A stretch of 64,000 bases of DNA from Octopus vulgaris (GCA_951406725.2 OX597819.1:11532001-11596000), one strand, 5' to 3'. Positions 1 through 14,421 are shown, numbered from the stretch's first letter. The notes: generated by a model from the letters alone, not told the origin. Made by a program: numbers and translations.

Positions 1-41
1 TACTTCTTCACCAATATGCTTTCCCTTTTCTTCTCAATTTC

Positions 42-460
42 TTATTTCTTTATTACCCACAAGGGGCAACACACAGAGGGAACAAACAAGGACAGACAAA
101 CGGATTAAGTCGATTATATCGACCCCCAGTGCGTAACTAGTAATTATTTAATCGACCCCGAAAGGATGAAAGGCAAAGTCGGCCTAGGCGGAATTTGAAC
201 TCGGAACGTAACGGCAGACGAAATGCCTATTTCTTTATTACCCACAAGGGGCTAAACACGGAGGGGACAAACAAGGACAGACAAACGGATCAAGTCGATT
301 ACATCGACCCCAGTGCGTAAGTGGTACTTAATTTATCGACCCCGAAAGGATGAAAGGCAAAGTCGACCTCGGCGAAATTTGAACTCGGAACGTAACGGTA
401 GACGAAATACCGCTAAGCATTTCGCCCGGCGTGCTAACGATTCTGCCAAATCGCCGTCCC
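42..460 (-). mobile_element. tRNA-derived SINE family B (Meta-domain-like core), with duplicated 3' part
   Basis: Reverse complement of GGCGGCGAGCTGGCAGAA...GTCGACTTTGCCTTTCATCCTTTCGGGGTCGATAAATTAAGTACC...; about 10 further copies in the window. Confidence 0.85.
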
Positions 461-885
461 TTTTCTCAATTTCTGTGCTTTCCACACATTTTCGATCGAA
501 TCTCCTGTGAGTCATCAGGGGATCTCTTTATCCTGCGAGTCATCATGTGATTCCATGACGACAATGTAAACCTCTTTTGATTCAGGTATCTTTAGTTAGC
601 GGATTAATCCATCGTTTGGATAATTACTACTTCCCAGGTTCCGCCCGCAGTGAAACATATGTACCATGGATTTTATCTATTCCATTCTCTAATTTTAGAT
701 TTCTATTTGCATACACAGCAACGCCTGCTGCTAACCGGAAGCTATAAAATCATTTTTTTCAGCTTATCGAACTTCGATATAGGAAAACTTTTAAACCTTC
801 TACGTCAATAAACCATTATTGTTCCTGTAAGTTGTTCTTTATACTTTCTACGGACTGCTCGAAGCTATATATACCTTTATATATG

Positions 886-949
<64 letters not shown>

Positions 950-955
<6 letters not shown>

Positions 956-1775
956 CGGCAGTTTGTCTGTCTGTGTGTCAGTTTGTGTCTGTCAGGTTGT
1001 ACCCTCACCCTGACCACGGCTTTCAACCGATTCTGATGAAACTTGACACACACATAGCCCAATGTCATAATTCAAAACTAACGCAGCGAAAATTTTGAAA
1101 AGTTCCCCCAGTTCTGAAAAAATTGATAAATTCGACATGGGGTCGAGAATCTAAGCTTCTTATATGCAACACATTTTCTGTTGTAGTTTTCGCAACTTGC
1201 AATCGATTTTCACCAAACTCATGGTGAAGCTTAATGTTACCCTAAGAAACTTAATTCTGACGTTAGTTTTCCATGCAATACCTTACCATCAGAAAAAATC
1301 GATAAAATCATGCCATTTTGGGAAATCGCGTTCAAATTCAAGATGACATATTTTCGACAATATCTTTCACAAATTGGCAGGAATTTTTTTTTAATTCACA
1401 GCGAGCATCATGTCTGCTCCAAGAGCTATATGGCCCTTTTTATTCCAATAGGATACTTTATTACTGGAAAAAATCGGTTAATTAAATCATATGTGGCACA
1501 CATAGCAAACCGATTTGTGTATTAAACACAAACCACAGACTGTCTAGGGGACGCAACTCGACCTTTTTAACTCTCTTGGGAGGCGCAATGATGTTTTCAT
1601 GTTTTCGCCCAAAGGGACAGCTAGGAACATCGTATACACAGAAGTATTCGAGTGAAGAGAAGACATTGCAACCTACACATGCGCCTTCGTTCCCTAGGGG
1701 AAAGGACTAGATTGGGATTAGTCGTTGCCTACTAGGGGCTCTTACATACCCGGGCAACGCCGGGCTATGCTGCTA

Positions 1776-1776
<1 letters not shown>
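950..1776 (+). mobile_element. Non-autonomous Helitron
   Basis: 3' hairpin CCCGGGCAACGCCGGG followed by TGCTAG|T; the same 3' end occurs at 9749, 18501 and 24941. Confidence 0.8.
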
Positions 1777-1817
<41 letters not shown>

Positions 1818-2124
1818 TTATTAAATAATATTATGAATGATAATAATGGTAGCATTAATGGTATTGACAACGATAATGATGCTAACTTTAATGACACTTT
1901 GGAAATTAGTAGGAAGTAATATAATGTACTATTGACTATGTGTATTTGCATCTAGGTACTAATATGTGTATGTTTATTATCACAATATTAAGTTGAAGAA
2001 CTGAAACATTGAATGTGGAACATATATATGTTTACTAATTTGTATTATTTATTTACATCATTATGTATATGTATATTTTTATATGTATAGGAGTGTGAGT
2101 ATATGCACTCATATGTATATGTAT

Positions 2125-2251
2125 ATCTCCGAAAAGGCCTTATGATATTTTTGTAAATGTCTCATTTATATCTATATATTGACCGACCATAAAAGGCTAA
2201 TATTGGTAAAATGAGACATACTTATCTACATGGCCGAAACAGCGGTAAGAT
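2125..2251 (+). ncRNA. Degenerate type-I hammerhead ribozyme motif in a (TA)n-flanked element (~1812-2500)
   Basis: atct-CCGAAAA-ggcc...(long stem II incl. atgtctcattt/aaatgagacat)...ggcc-GAAA-cagcgg-TA-agat; core is mutated. Confidence 0.5.
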
Positions 2252-2497
2252 GTAATCTATACTTATATTTATATTTACTTATATTTATATTCTCTTTTTT
2301 ATATATATTCTACTTATTATACAACATTACTCTTTTATGTACACTTTTTTATGTTCATTCCTTTATGTACACTAATTTGTTCTACTTTTTTATATTTAAC
2401 CCTACAGTCTCTTATGTGGTGGTTTAATAAAGTATGTGATTGAGTATTATCTGGTAATTGATATTTGATTTAGATGTATTTCTCCATTTTCTTATCT

Positions 2498-2539
<42 letters not shown>

Positions 2540-2958
2540 GGCCCTGGAGTGGCTGTGTGGTAAGAAGCTTTCTTCCCAACCACATGGTTCCGGGTTCAAT
2601 CCCACTGCGTGGCACCTTCGGTAACTGTCTACTACTATAGCCTCGGGACGACCAAAGCCTTGTGAGTGAGTTTAATAGACGGAAACTGAAAGAACCCATC
2701 GTGTATATGTGTGTGTACGTTTGTGTGTGTGTATTTATGTATGTGTGTGTGTGTGTATGCCTTTGTGTCTGTGTTTGTCATCCCACCATTGTTCGACAAC
2801 CGATATTGGTTCGTTTATGTCCCCATAATCTAGTGGTTCGACAAAGAAGACCGATAGAATAAGTACTAGGCTTACAAAGAACAAGTCCTGGGGTCGATTT
2901 GTTCGACTAAAGGCCGTGCTCCAGCATGGCCGCAGTCAAATGACTGATACGTGTAAAA
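2540..2958 (+). mobile_element. tRNA-derived SINE family A (internal microsatellite)
   Basis: Head GGAGTGGCTGTGTGGTAAG...GGTTCAATCCCACTG (A/B-box-like); tail GCTCCAGCATGGCCGCAGTCAAATGACTGA. Confidence 0.85.
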
Positions 2959-4133
2959 TAGTATATATACACACACACACACATGTGTGTGCATACGTAT
3001 TGCGCATGTGCTTGTGTGTTCACAGTGTACTCGAAAGATTTATCGGCTCATTTCCGTTCACCCACTGGCAGTTGAACCAAGTGAAATTGGGGAGATTAAA
3101 ACTGAGTGTGTAAATCTGTTGGGTTCAATGGGCCCCAGGTATTGAAAGGCAGAGTGTTCTCACATACTGTGTCGCACAGATCATCCCAGAAAATCACATT
3201 AAGGGTCACGGGTTTATAAATTATGTCGTCTCTCAAAAAGCTGATAATTCAGCTGGCCTGACAACTGAATCTTCATCTTAGAAACGGATTGAGTCCCATA
3301 AATGTTTTTAAATGTGTTAACACACAATCACGCATGCGCACCACACACACTACGTACGGTTATACAAAACCTATTAAGGTATATGTGCGTATATATGCTA
3401 TAAGTATGCGTGTGAAGATGAATGTATGTATACGTATGTAGCGTATGTAATATATGTTCGTATATGTGTGTGTGCTTATATATATTCGTTTATAAATGTG
3501 TGTACGCGTGTGTGTGTGGTTGTCTGTACATACACACACACACACACACACATGTATACAGAGGGACAAAGAGAAAAGGAGGAGGAGAAAATTAAAAGAG
3601 CAGATTTCTCAGGTTAAATCGCCCACGACTTGTCAAAAATTGTAACGGTGCTATTTTGTATTGGTGCGATGCAGTGCGGTATACAGTAGGTTAGGGTAGT
3701 TGAGGACAGTCAAGCAGAGTTTACATAATAAACTTGAAGACAACACCATGGTGTTGCTTGTTGTAATTGTCAATCGACTACACGCGGTTAAACAACAAAT
3801 TGCTGTAGTTATAGAAAACATGGCGACAGTCACTATGTCAAAGAAATTTCTCGCTGCTGTTGTTGCAAAGTCATCTTTGTTTTTGCAACCGTATTTTCGA
3901 CAATGACGTCGTAACAGTTGAAATGTTCGTACGACAGCGGGACAGCAAAATTAAGAGAACCTTGTTATATAAATATTTACATCTTTTACAGCAATGTATG
4001 TGTGTGAGTGTTTGAATATTTTCATGTATGTAATGAGTGTGTGTGTGCGGTGTGTGTTGTGTGTGAGGTAGTCGTTTAAAAATATAGCAGTATATATAAA
4101 CACTCGACGTTGAATATACATATACATACATAA

Positions 4134-4183
<50 letters not shown>

Positions 4184-4212
4184 CTGTAAATGTAATATGT
4201 GACAATTATATG

Positions 4213-4328
<116 letters not shown>

Positions 4329-4389
4329 ATATTAATTATATACATATAATATATATATGTGAGTGTTTGAGTATATATATATATTTATG

Positions 4390-4472
<83 letters not shown>

Positions 4473-4810
4473 AATCTGCGTATTTATTTAAACAGGTTTT
4501 ATTTTTTTAATATTGACGTAGCAAATGATATTTGAAGTAATCAAAATAAAGTTGACGAGTCAAGGATTGGTCTCATACGCCTTGCATAAGAATTTAAAAC
4601 CTTAAAGTCGGTGAAAGAAAGCTTTTGCGCTATCTCCCGCTTGCATCTTGTTATTATTATATTACTAATGAACTCGCGCGGTCAGAAATGATGGCACGGG
4701 TATTAACTATACAAAAACGTATTTCAATACGAAAAACAAACTTCCTTTTGCCGTAATGTTAACTGATGTTAACTATTCATATCATATACATACATAAATA
4801 CATAAATACA

Positions 4811-4842
<32 letters not shown>

Positions 4843-5151
4843 CATATACAAGCCATACTTACATATACATATATATATATATATATATATATTTATGCAT
4901 ATACATGTATGTATGTATATGTGTGTGTTTGTGTATTTATATGCACATTATATTACGTGCTTTATAACCAAAAGAAAAACACGATTAGTGTTCATCTAAT
5001 CTAGGTATTTCTCTCTCTCTTCTCTCTCTTTCTTTCTTTCTCTCTCTCTCTCTCTCTCTCGCACACACACTATGTACCTATGTGTGTGTACATGTATACA
5101 TACATACACACACACATGTATATGTATATATACACATATATACATATATTT

Positions 5152-5219
<68 letters not shown>

Positions 5220-6362
5220 TTGATAACTGCAAGCCCCTGTATATGCCAGTTAGTGGTGTAGGTGATAGGGTATATTTATCAAAAGAAAAATAGGATGCAA
5301 AGGATTTAGCGGTACATATGTTTCTGGCTTTATTGGACAGTTTATATCAATGCATAATTGATGTAACATGTATGTCAATAGCCTTCTTCAGCCGCGCACA
5401 ATTACCACACCAAAGACATGTATTACATTATAGCAGGTTTGAGAAGAAGTTTGGGAAAAAGACGAGTTTCGTTGGGGATGCAAATCCTCATAGTCGTATA
5501 TAGCATATATATATATATATATGCATTGGTGTAAATAGAGAGCTGCCTTTAGTATGTAAAAAAAAAGACTATATTCAAGTTTGATGGTGGGTTTTTATAT
5601 TAAGTATTATTTAATTTTCTTTATTAGTCCTTGTTTGAAACTTACAGTAAATTGTGATGACAACACACCATTACAAATGGCGATGACAACAAGCCATGAC
5701 AAAATTATTGCGTCCAGAAACGTCATAGATTCAAACACAACCCCAAAAAATCTTATATGGAAATATGAAGAAACCGTAATTGAAACAACATCACATTTTT
5801 ATCATATAGACATATATACACATGCATACACACGCACGCACACACAAATACACACACACACACACACATGCATTCACACACACACATACACACACATACC
5901 TTTATGTATACATAATGGAAAAATCAAATTGATTGTGACTTCTGTTTGCATAGCCTTAATCGACATTTGTATTTTCTGTCAAAAATTATTTTGACTTCGA
6001 TCCTTTTGACACTTCTTAGCCTCATCCATTCACATTTTGATAATCTCACTCACGTATACTCTGTCCTTGTTTCCTATTGCGCTAACGCGTAGTAAATAAG
6101 CACTTCGCGTTCATTTTATTTCTTCTACTGTCACTTCCTCACCCTCTGTTCGCTTTTATACTCCTCTTCTTCAGAACTGCATTCTTCCCCTGACAGCAAA
6201 TGAACGCACATTGCTAAATATTTTATCCGGATTAAAATATTATATGTATATAGATTTGCGTTTAGTAAACATTTGCATTTAATACGTCTTCTGAGACCAT
6301 ACGTTGAAATCGAAATAGTTACTCAAAAGAAAGTGTCAAACTAGCCATTTAAAATTCATATG

Positions 6363-6820
6363 TAGGTCGTCGTCGACTTACGACATATCCGACTTACGAC
6401 CTATCCGACTTACGACCGATCGACTTTTCAACGATTGGCGAGCCAGGTCCCGGCAGCAATAATATATAGTCCAGTTGAAATTTAATGGGTTTAATTTCTT
6501 AGAAATTAACCCATTTACGGATGATGTCAGCTAATAAACGCTTCCCCTGGGTTTGGTTATCGACAACCACTGTGATGGATGACTATCCTGTCGCGGAGAC
6601 ATCGAGGCAATCTTGTATTGGTGTAAAAGACGACTGCTTGAGATTCCGAAATTTTTGACTTACAGCAGTATAATAGTATTATACAAAATTCTGTATGTGA
6701 CTATTACCTGAGAATGTACCTTAAGAATGTAAAAGTATAAAATAAAGCTATGTAGGCTTATAGGCCGAGTTACGATCAGTCAGGCGGAACCAGTTGTGGT
6801 CGTAAGTCGACGATGACCTG
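6363..6820. mobile_element. Tigger/pogo-like MITE
   Basis: TIRs (c/t)AGGTCGTCGTCGACTTACGAC ... GTCGTAAGTCGACGATGACCTG; subterminal CGACTTACGAC repeats. Confidence 0.8.
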
Positions 6821-6861
6821 TGTGCCATTATATTAACTTGTGCAATAATAATGCCGTTATT

Positions 6862-7080
6862 GGAAAGACGATGAGCTGGCAGAAAATTTAGCACACTGGG
6901 TGAAATGCATAGCAGTATTTCGTCTGTCTTTACGTTCTGAGTTCAAATTCTGCCGAGGTCGACTTTGCCTTTCATCCTTTCGGAGTCGATAAATTAAGCA
7001 CCAGTTGCGTACTGGGGGCGATCTAATCGACTGGGCCCCTACTCCAAAATTTCGAGCCTTGCGCTTAGAGTAAAAAAGAA
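6862..7080 (+). mobile_element. SINE family B
   Basis: Matches the family B consensus. Confidence 0.85.
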
Positions 7081-7455
7081 TAATGCCGTTAATTGTTATC
7101 GATGAAAACTTGGTATCACCAGGCACTGTGTCTTTTGCTACAAGCAGGCAGAGGCACGCTCTGGACCCCATTCCACCCTTGCCCACAACGGAAAGACTAG
7201 GGCTGGACAATTGGAGTGAACGCAGGAGATATTGTTCTCTAATGTCTCTTTAGTCAATAATAAATAATAGGAGCTTGTTTCTACATGCATCCACAACTTA
7301 TAAAATGCTCAAATGTTTTGAAACCATTTATAGAATGCAATGTAAGGTGACACCAGACTCCAGTAACGAATTATTGACGTGTATCTACACGATTTTATCA
7401 AATCATATGTATGTTTGTCTGTACGTGTAAACATACTTAGTCATACATGTACATA

Positions 7456-7876
7456 GGCGCAGGAGTGGCTGTGTGGTAAGTAGCTTGCTAACCAACCACA
7501 TGTTCCGGGTTCAGTCCCACTGCGTGGCATCTTGGGCAAGTGTCTTCTGCTATAGCCTCGGGCCGACCAATGCCTTGTGAGTGAATTTGGTAGACGGAAA
7601 CTGAAAGAAGCCAATCGTATATATGTATATATATATATGTATGCGTGTGTATATGTTTGTGTGTCTGTGTTTCCCCCCCCCCTAGCATTGCTTGACAACC
7701 GATGCTGGTGAGTTTACGTCCCCGTCACTTAGCGGTTTGGCAAAAGAGACCGATAGAATAAGTACTGGGCTTACAAAGAATAAGTCCCGGGGTCGATTTG
7801 CTCGACTAAAGGCGGTGCTCCAGCATGGCCGCAGTCAAATGACTGAAACAAGTAAAAGAGTAAAAGAGTAAAGAGT
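7456..7876 (+). mobile_element. SINE family A
   Basis: Full-length copy ending in (GTAAAAGA)n. Confidence 0.9.
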
Positions 7877-8391
7877 ATACACACACACACGCACACAAAC
7901 ACACATATAGTTGTACATTCACTCATAATTTTATATCTCATTATAAAAGGCAGATTTTATCTGCCTCCCTTTGTATCTTATAGAAATCTACAATATAGGA
8001 TTTCTTCAATTACAATTTACCTAGCATTTTTAAGAGTAGAATGCATCGGGTCGTGCCAGGTCCAGTTTTTAAAATTTCAACCCCAATTAAGCAAAATTTA
8101 GAGAAAACTCACATTGTGGTGTATAAGTCAAATGCTTTTCTTAGTGTGGCCTACACCACACGCACACGCACACACACAGTGTGGAACAAATAAAGTGAAA
8201 GTAATTCACTTTTTGTAGTGACTGACTCTTTCACTCTGTCACTTCCTCTTTACACACATAGACACGCAAATATATAAATAAAATTGTAAGCTAACGTGTA
8301 TGTGTGCGTGTGTGTGAGTGTGTGTGTGTGTATGCGTGTGTTTGTGTGTGAGGGTGCGTGTGTGTGTGTGTGTGCGTGAGTGTATGACAGG

Positions 8392-8900
8392 AAAGTTTTT
8401 TAGGACGAATATAAGACCTATATCCAAGTAGCAGAAAGATCGCCCAAAAGTGTATATAGATATTTAAATGTATTTATATATTCATCTATACACAGATGTA
8501 TGTATAATGTGTGTGTATATATTTCCATAGAGGTAACCTTTCACTCCATACAAAGTTTTTTAGGACGAATATAAGATCTAAAGTATATACAAGGAGCAGA
8601 AAGATCACCCAAAAGTGTATATAGATATTTAAATGTATTTATATATTCATCTATACACAGATGTATGTATAATGTGTGTGTATATATTTCCATAGACGTA
8701 ACCATTCACTCCGTACAAAGTTTTTTAGGACGAAAATAAGATCTAAAGTTATCTCTAAGAAACAGAAAGATCGCCCAAAAGTGTATATAGATATTTAAAT
8801 GTATTTATATATTCATCTATACACACATGTATGTATAATGTGCGTGTATATATTTCCATAGAGGTAACCATTCAATCCATACAAAGTTTTTTAGGACGAA
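8392..8900. repeat. Tandem repeat, ~160-166 bp unit x ~3, inside the Helitron
   Basis: AAAGTTTTTTAGGACGAA recurs at ~8392, 8552, 8717 and 8883. Confidence 0.85.
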
Positions 8901-9151
8901 AATATTTATATATAAAAGAAAGGTTGTGTGTCTGTCTACTCCGATTCAGATTCCTAACTACTCCCACATTTTGCGATGCAGTTTAACCAAAACCGGGTAT
9001 CTTATAGTCGTGATTCATATCGAACCCTTCTGGGTATTAGCGCGCGTCTACGATGAGTCTATGATTTTACAAATAATTTACCATCATTTTTTTCCATTTT
9101 AATGCATATTTGTTTTAATAAAGGGAAGTAACTCTCAAACTTCACACCAAT

Positions 9152-9673
9152 ATGCGTGCTCATATGCGACGTAATATCACATCAGCAGCATTTCCTCACA
9201 CCCTCCTTGCACTTGGCGAAGGCAAAATACCAGGGGATGAAAATGGTAATATTGCCATCGATTCCATTTGTACCATTGTTAAGACGCCTTCTGATCTCAG
9301 AGATGCAGTGTCCCCAGATCTACAAGCTAATTATCAGAATATGGATTGGATTGGCCAAAGGGCTATTCTGGCCCCGAGGAATAAAACTGTTCACCATATT
9401 AATGATGAAATGCTAAAACTCATTCCTGGGGATGTCTATGTATATAAGTCTATTGATACAACTCCTGACCCAGAGGACGTCATCAACTATCCAATAGAGG
9501 TACTCAATTCCTTTGAGCACCCCGGACTACCACCACACTTTCTCAAACTTAAAGTTGGTGCCCCTATAATGCTCATCAGAAATTTGGTTCCCCCAAAACA
9601 ATGCAATGGCACACGTTTGATCGTTAAGTCCTTATCTCCCACCGTAAGCTTATATCAATATTTGCCTGAATAA
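9152..9673 (+). pseudogene. Helitron RepHel PIF1-like helicase fragment
   Basis: RAILAPRN..V..IN, Y.SID, YPIEVLNSF..PGLPPHFLKLKVGAPIMLIRNL...CNGTRL motifs; truncated at both ends. Confidence 0.9.
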
Positions 9674-10210
9674 TCATCATAATTCAGTGCAATCATTAAC
9701 AGTACTTTCAAGCAATTCAGCCCCGAGCAACGCCGGGCAATTCTGCTAGTTTTTATATAAATGACAGCTCAATACTTACCATTTAAAAAATGATTTGATA
9801 ATGCACGATACAGAGTCCTAAGCTCACGCATCAATAAATTTTATTATAACCATATTAAATAGTTTTATTATAATTATATAAGAAAAACTTTAATAATTGC
9901 CATAGACGGAGGTCAAAAAAGATTTATTGACAACCTCCAATGTACTTCTTCTTGTAATGCTTTTTCAAAATTATGAATGACATATATCTACGTATAATGT
10001 CCATTCTAAAAAATATAAATAAAAATAATAGATACAAATGAATGACATCATAGTTTCACACCTCAAAACCCAGGCTAAATTAGAAAACAAGCCAAAATAA
10101 CAACTCTGCTGTTCGCATTACATTTTCTAGTTCTATGCTCCAACGTTGCCTTAATCATTAAGTTTTCCTTAATAATTTCTATGATATGTATTTTGTCAAG
10201 AATACCATAC

Positions 10211-10281
10211 GGGTATATGGCGTAGTGGTTAAGAGCGCGGGCTACAAACCCCAAGATTCCGAGTTCGATTCTAGGCAGTGA

Positions 10282-10346
<65 letters not shown>

Positions 10347-10520
10347 TCGAAAAATACCTTAGGAATGAGAACCCAGGTTCGAAATTTCCCCAAAATACTT
10401 GATGAAGGCTGGAGGGTATATCAGCCGAAACATTGTGTTACCAACAAACACGATGAGGACAAATATCCGTCTAATGCAAATAATGTACATAATTCATCAT
10501 CTCTCAAATATAGAACTGGA
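10211..10520 (+). mobile_element. tRNA-headed SINE-like element with (AAT)n spacer and hammerhead motif
   Basis: A box TGGCGTAGTGG, B box GAGTTCGATTC, then (AAT)n, then TTGATGA-A-GGCTG..CAGCC-GAAA-CATT-GTGT at 10395-10438. Confidence 0.7.
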
Positions 10521-10521
10521 G

Positions 10522-10596
<75 letters not shown>

Positions 10597-10847
10597 GGGG
10601 GGGGATATTTTGGGGTTGTTTTGTTGATGCGGTTCCTGTTATACTTGTTCTTATAGGCATATCTTGTAATCTTTTAATTTGCATTACTTTTACATTGTGA
10701 TACAAATAAAATGAACCAAGCATCTTTTATATATTTTTTCTTTTCCATTTTCTTTTATTGACTTTTTAATATGTATATGAATATGTATATATATGTGTGT
10801 GTTTGTGTATATATATGTATATATATGTATGTATGTATGTATGTCAC

Positions 10848-11039
10848 TAGCCTCTGCACGCATTTTTTTCTCTCCTTGTTTCTCTCCGTGTTTCTTTTCT
10901 GTGTATCTTTCTGTTGAAGAGCGTAGGCTCGAAACGTAAAAGACTTGTTTTATTTATATTCCTGAGCACCATACTAATACAATTGTTTGTTTGTATTCCA
11001 CCTGCCTTCGTCTTTTGTTTATTTTCATAAAGCTTCCCG

Positions 11040-11040
<1 letters not shown>
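10848..11040 (+). mobile_element. Short Penelope-like (pLTR-type) element with minimal hammerhead, family H1
   Basis: tcttt-CTGTTGA-A-GAGC gtag GCTC-GAAA-CGTA-aaaga at 10906-10943; ends in (TA)n; homologues at ~58620 (-) and ~60550 (+). Confidence 0.75.
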
Positions 11041-11073
<33 letters not shown>

Positions 11074-11329
11074 GCATAGATATATATACATATATTTTTA
11101 TATATATATATATATATTTATATACATACATACATATATGTATATAAATATATACATACATATATATATACACACACGCGCACAAACACACACATAATGA
11201 GTGAGAGAGAGAAGGCAGGGATGTAATTCTGGAGCAAGTTAACCAAAGTGAGAAAGAAATTTAATCCAGTAAGTGTATGAGTTTTGAGAAAGAAAATGAG
11301 TTCGATTTCCCGCTGTAGACCGAAAGTAG

Positions 11330-11650
11330 GTGCTCCGGTTTCGGTGACTCAGCCGAAGACTGAGATATATGCGTGGAGCGGCCAGTAGAGTAGGAGTGTT
11401 GTGTGACAGACGACCCGTTGCCAAATTGGGTATTTTAAGGTTTTACGCAAGCCCACCTGTCAGTTTGCTCGATGCAGATCGAATAGCAAACGGAACCTTG
11501 GAGTGCATATATGAAGTTTGTATAAATGTACAAGAGAAAGAGTCCATGGTGTGGAAGGAGTGGTGGTTGAGTCCAGCCAGAGGGGTGATGTTGGAAACAA
11601 AAGAGCAGGAGAAGCAGCGTAGACGGAAGCAGAGAAGAGAGACAAAGTGT
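11330..11650 (+). pseudogene. Decayed RTE-type LINE RT C-terminal remnant
   Basis: GVLCDRRPVAKL resembles the RTE motif SGVLCDRRIPxKLK; heavily diverged. Confidence 0.45.
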
Positions 11651-11892
11651 GAGGAAGTAAGAGATCTGAATCTTCCTCATTCATATCTCACACAGTCTTT
11701 ACCCACCAAAATTCTTCCAAAAACCCCTCCGAGTCCTGTATGAGAGAAGTTAGGCATATACCAGATGCTTTAATGTATTTCTCTGCTGAAATTGGGATGC
11801 GTTTAATATGCCAATGTGTCCTAATGTCATCAAATACAGCACTTTTGTTGTTGCTGCTATGTGAAGAAATGGTGAGGCCAAAATATGACTGA

Positions 11893-12192
11893 GACTCCGT
11901 CGATTGCGACGACGAGTATTCGAGTTGATCTGGTCAATGGAACAGCTTGCTTGTAAAATTAACGTGTAAGTGGCTGAGTACTCCACAGACACGTGTAACC
12001 TTAATGTAGTTCACAGGAACATTCAGCATGACAGAGAATGTGACGAGGCTGGCCCCTTTGAATTACTGGTACAACTCATTTTTCCCTGATGATTGAACTG
12101 GAGCAACGTCAAGGACATAGTGTCCCGTTCGGAATCGAACCCAGAACTTTACGTTCGTGAGCCAAGTACCACTAACCACTAAATCACACGCC
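11893..12192 (-). mobile_element. tRNA-derived SINE with RTE-like tail
   Basis: Head GGCGTGTGATTTAGTGG...GGTTCGATTCC; 3' part homologous to the SINE at 43588-43974. Confidence 0.7.
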
Positions 12193-12218
12193 TTTATGGA
12201 CAAAATATAACACACACA

Positions 12219-12259
<41 letters not shown>

Positions 12260-12654
12260 AAACTTAGATATTGGAAACAAAAAAAAAACGATCCATGAAA
12301 TGACAGTTGTTTGTCATTTGTGTCCAAGTCAGCCCTGATTCATCAAAACGCATTTTCAAAGATTTTCCAGGCGTGACCATCTCGTCTTTTAATGAATCAT
12401 TGAGTATCGAAAACTGCGTTATCTAAATTAGTCTGCCATTTTATGAAAATAATTGTGTATGTGGATGTGATTTATGGAAGTTTTGCCTGTAATTTCTAGC
12501 AGACCAAACAACCGGTGGCTGGTTGTGGGGGGGGGGGGAGGGGGGAGTATTTCGTCGTTGGATTATGAAATAGATTTTCAAACAAAGAGCACAGGATATA
12601 TAAAACAGAAAATAAAGGCGAGCAGATATTAATACATGCGCAGCTTTTCAAATC

Positions 12655-12935
12655 ACCGCCACCACCACCACCACCATCACTACCACCACCACTATCATCA
12701 CCACCACCACCATCACTACCACCACCACTATCATCACCACCACCACCATCACTACCACCACCACTATCATCACCACCACCACCATCACTACCACCACCAC
12801 TATCATCACCACCACCACCATCACTACCACCACCACTATCATCACCACCACCACCATCACTACCACCACCACTATCATCACCACCACCACCATCACTACC
12901 ACCACCACTATCATCACCACCACCAACATCACCAT
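12655..12935. repeat. 36-bp minisatellite (~7 copies) within a (CAC)n-rich tract extending to ~13290
   Basis: Unit CCACCACCACTATCATCACCACCACCACCATCACTA repeated exactly. Confidence 0.85.
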
Positions 12936-13517
12936 CACCACCATCGCCACCATGCCACCACAATAAACTCTAAAGTCACCACCATCACCATTTATAACTA
13001 CCATCACCACCACTACCACTACCACCACCACCAACACCACCACCACCATTACCACTACCACCATTACCATTACAACTACCACCACCACCACCACCACTAT
13101 CACCACCATCACCCCCATGTCACCACAACAAACTCTAAAGTCACTACCACCACCATTAAAACCTACCATCACCACCATAACCACCACCGTACCCCACGAA
13201 AGACACATCCACAACCACTACCATCACTAATGCTACCACCATCGCCAATACCACCGCAACCAGCACCTCCACAACAACCACCACCACTCTCTACCCAGCA
13301 GTACAACTGCAGTAATGTGTTATGTGCTGAACACAGTGTAACCGGATTTGTTTAAAAACAAATAAAATAAGAGCGATGGCGGAGGTGGCGGGAAACTGGT
13401 ATTTCACCTACATTTTAACTGACATCGACTAACACATGCACACATACATAAAGATACACAAACACACACGTACACACACACATACACACACATACATACA
13501 TACACACATACGCACTT

Positions 13518-13560
<43 letters not shown>

Positions 13561-13624
13561 AAATATAGATGAAATTTATTTATCTATCCACTTATATATG
13601 TATATACACAAACTTATATATATT

Positions 13625-13699
<75 letters not shown>

Positions 13700-13841
13700 C
13701 AAATATATACATATACATATATATATAGAGAGAGAGAGAGAGAGAATTTATATATATGTATATATATATACACACACATATATATATATATATGCATATA
13801 TACGTATATACACCAGATATACATGAATATATATATATATG

Positions 13842-13935
<94 letters not shown>

Positions 13936-13951
13936 GATTATAAATACATAT

Positions 13952-13986
<35 letters not shown>

Positions 13987-14421
13987 ATCATATTCGTGTG
14001 TGTGTGTGTGTGTGTGTATGTAATTATATGCTTGCTTATATGTATGTATGTACGTATGTAGTAAGAATGTAATTGAAAACAACATCATTCCACTTTACTG
14101 CAGTTCTGTTGGCAGATTTAACAAAAGAAACGCAGTCAGTTGTAACTCTGGGCTCGCTTTTTTTTGCTCCATTTATAATTTGTTTCTGTAATTTATTACA
14201 TTCTACATTATGGTGCATTATATGTTATATATTGTCATGTTATAATATTCATATCTTATTCGTACATTATTCATATTATTATCGGGACTTTTATTACTGT
14301 TGTTGTATGTACTTTAGTACAATAATTACCTTAGATATCATGTGTGTGTGTGTGTGTATGTGCCTGTGGGTGCGCGCGTGTGTGCTTGTCTATGTGTGTA
14401 TGCATATACATATATATATAT

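Larger units (their letters stand above)
7936..9749 (+). mobile_element. Composite Helitron with PIF1 helicase fragment
   Basis: A|TC 5' end; 3' hairpin CCCGAGCAACGCCGGG then CTAG|T; internal segment ~8905-9140 matches the 5' part of the Helitrons at 18000 and 25335. Confidence 0.8.

Noticed and set aside
10211-10285. Functional tRNA gene
   Set aside because: No proper acceptor stem or oligo-T terminator; it continues into a repeat body, so I treat it as a SINE head.
12496-13355. His-rich and Gly/Asp-rich ORFs
   Set aside because: They are translations of a (CAC)n-derived minisatellite; no splice or domain support.
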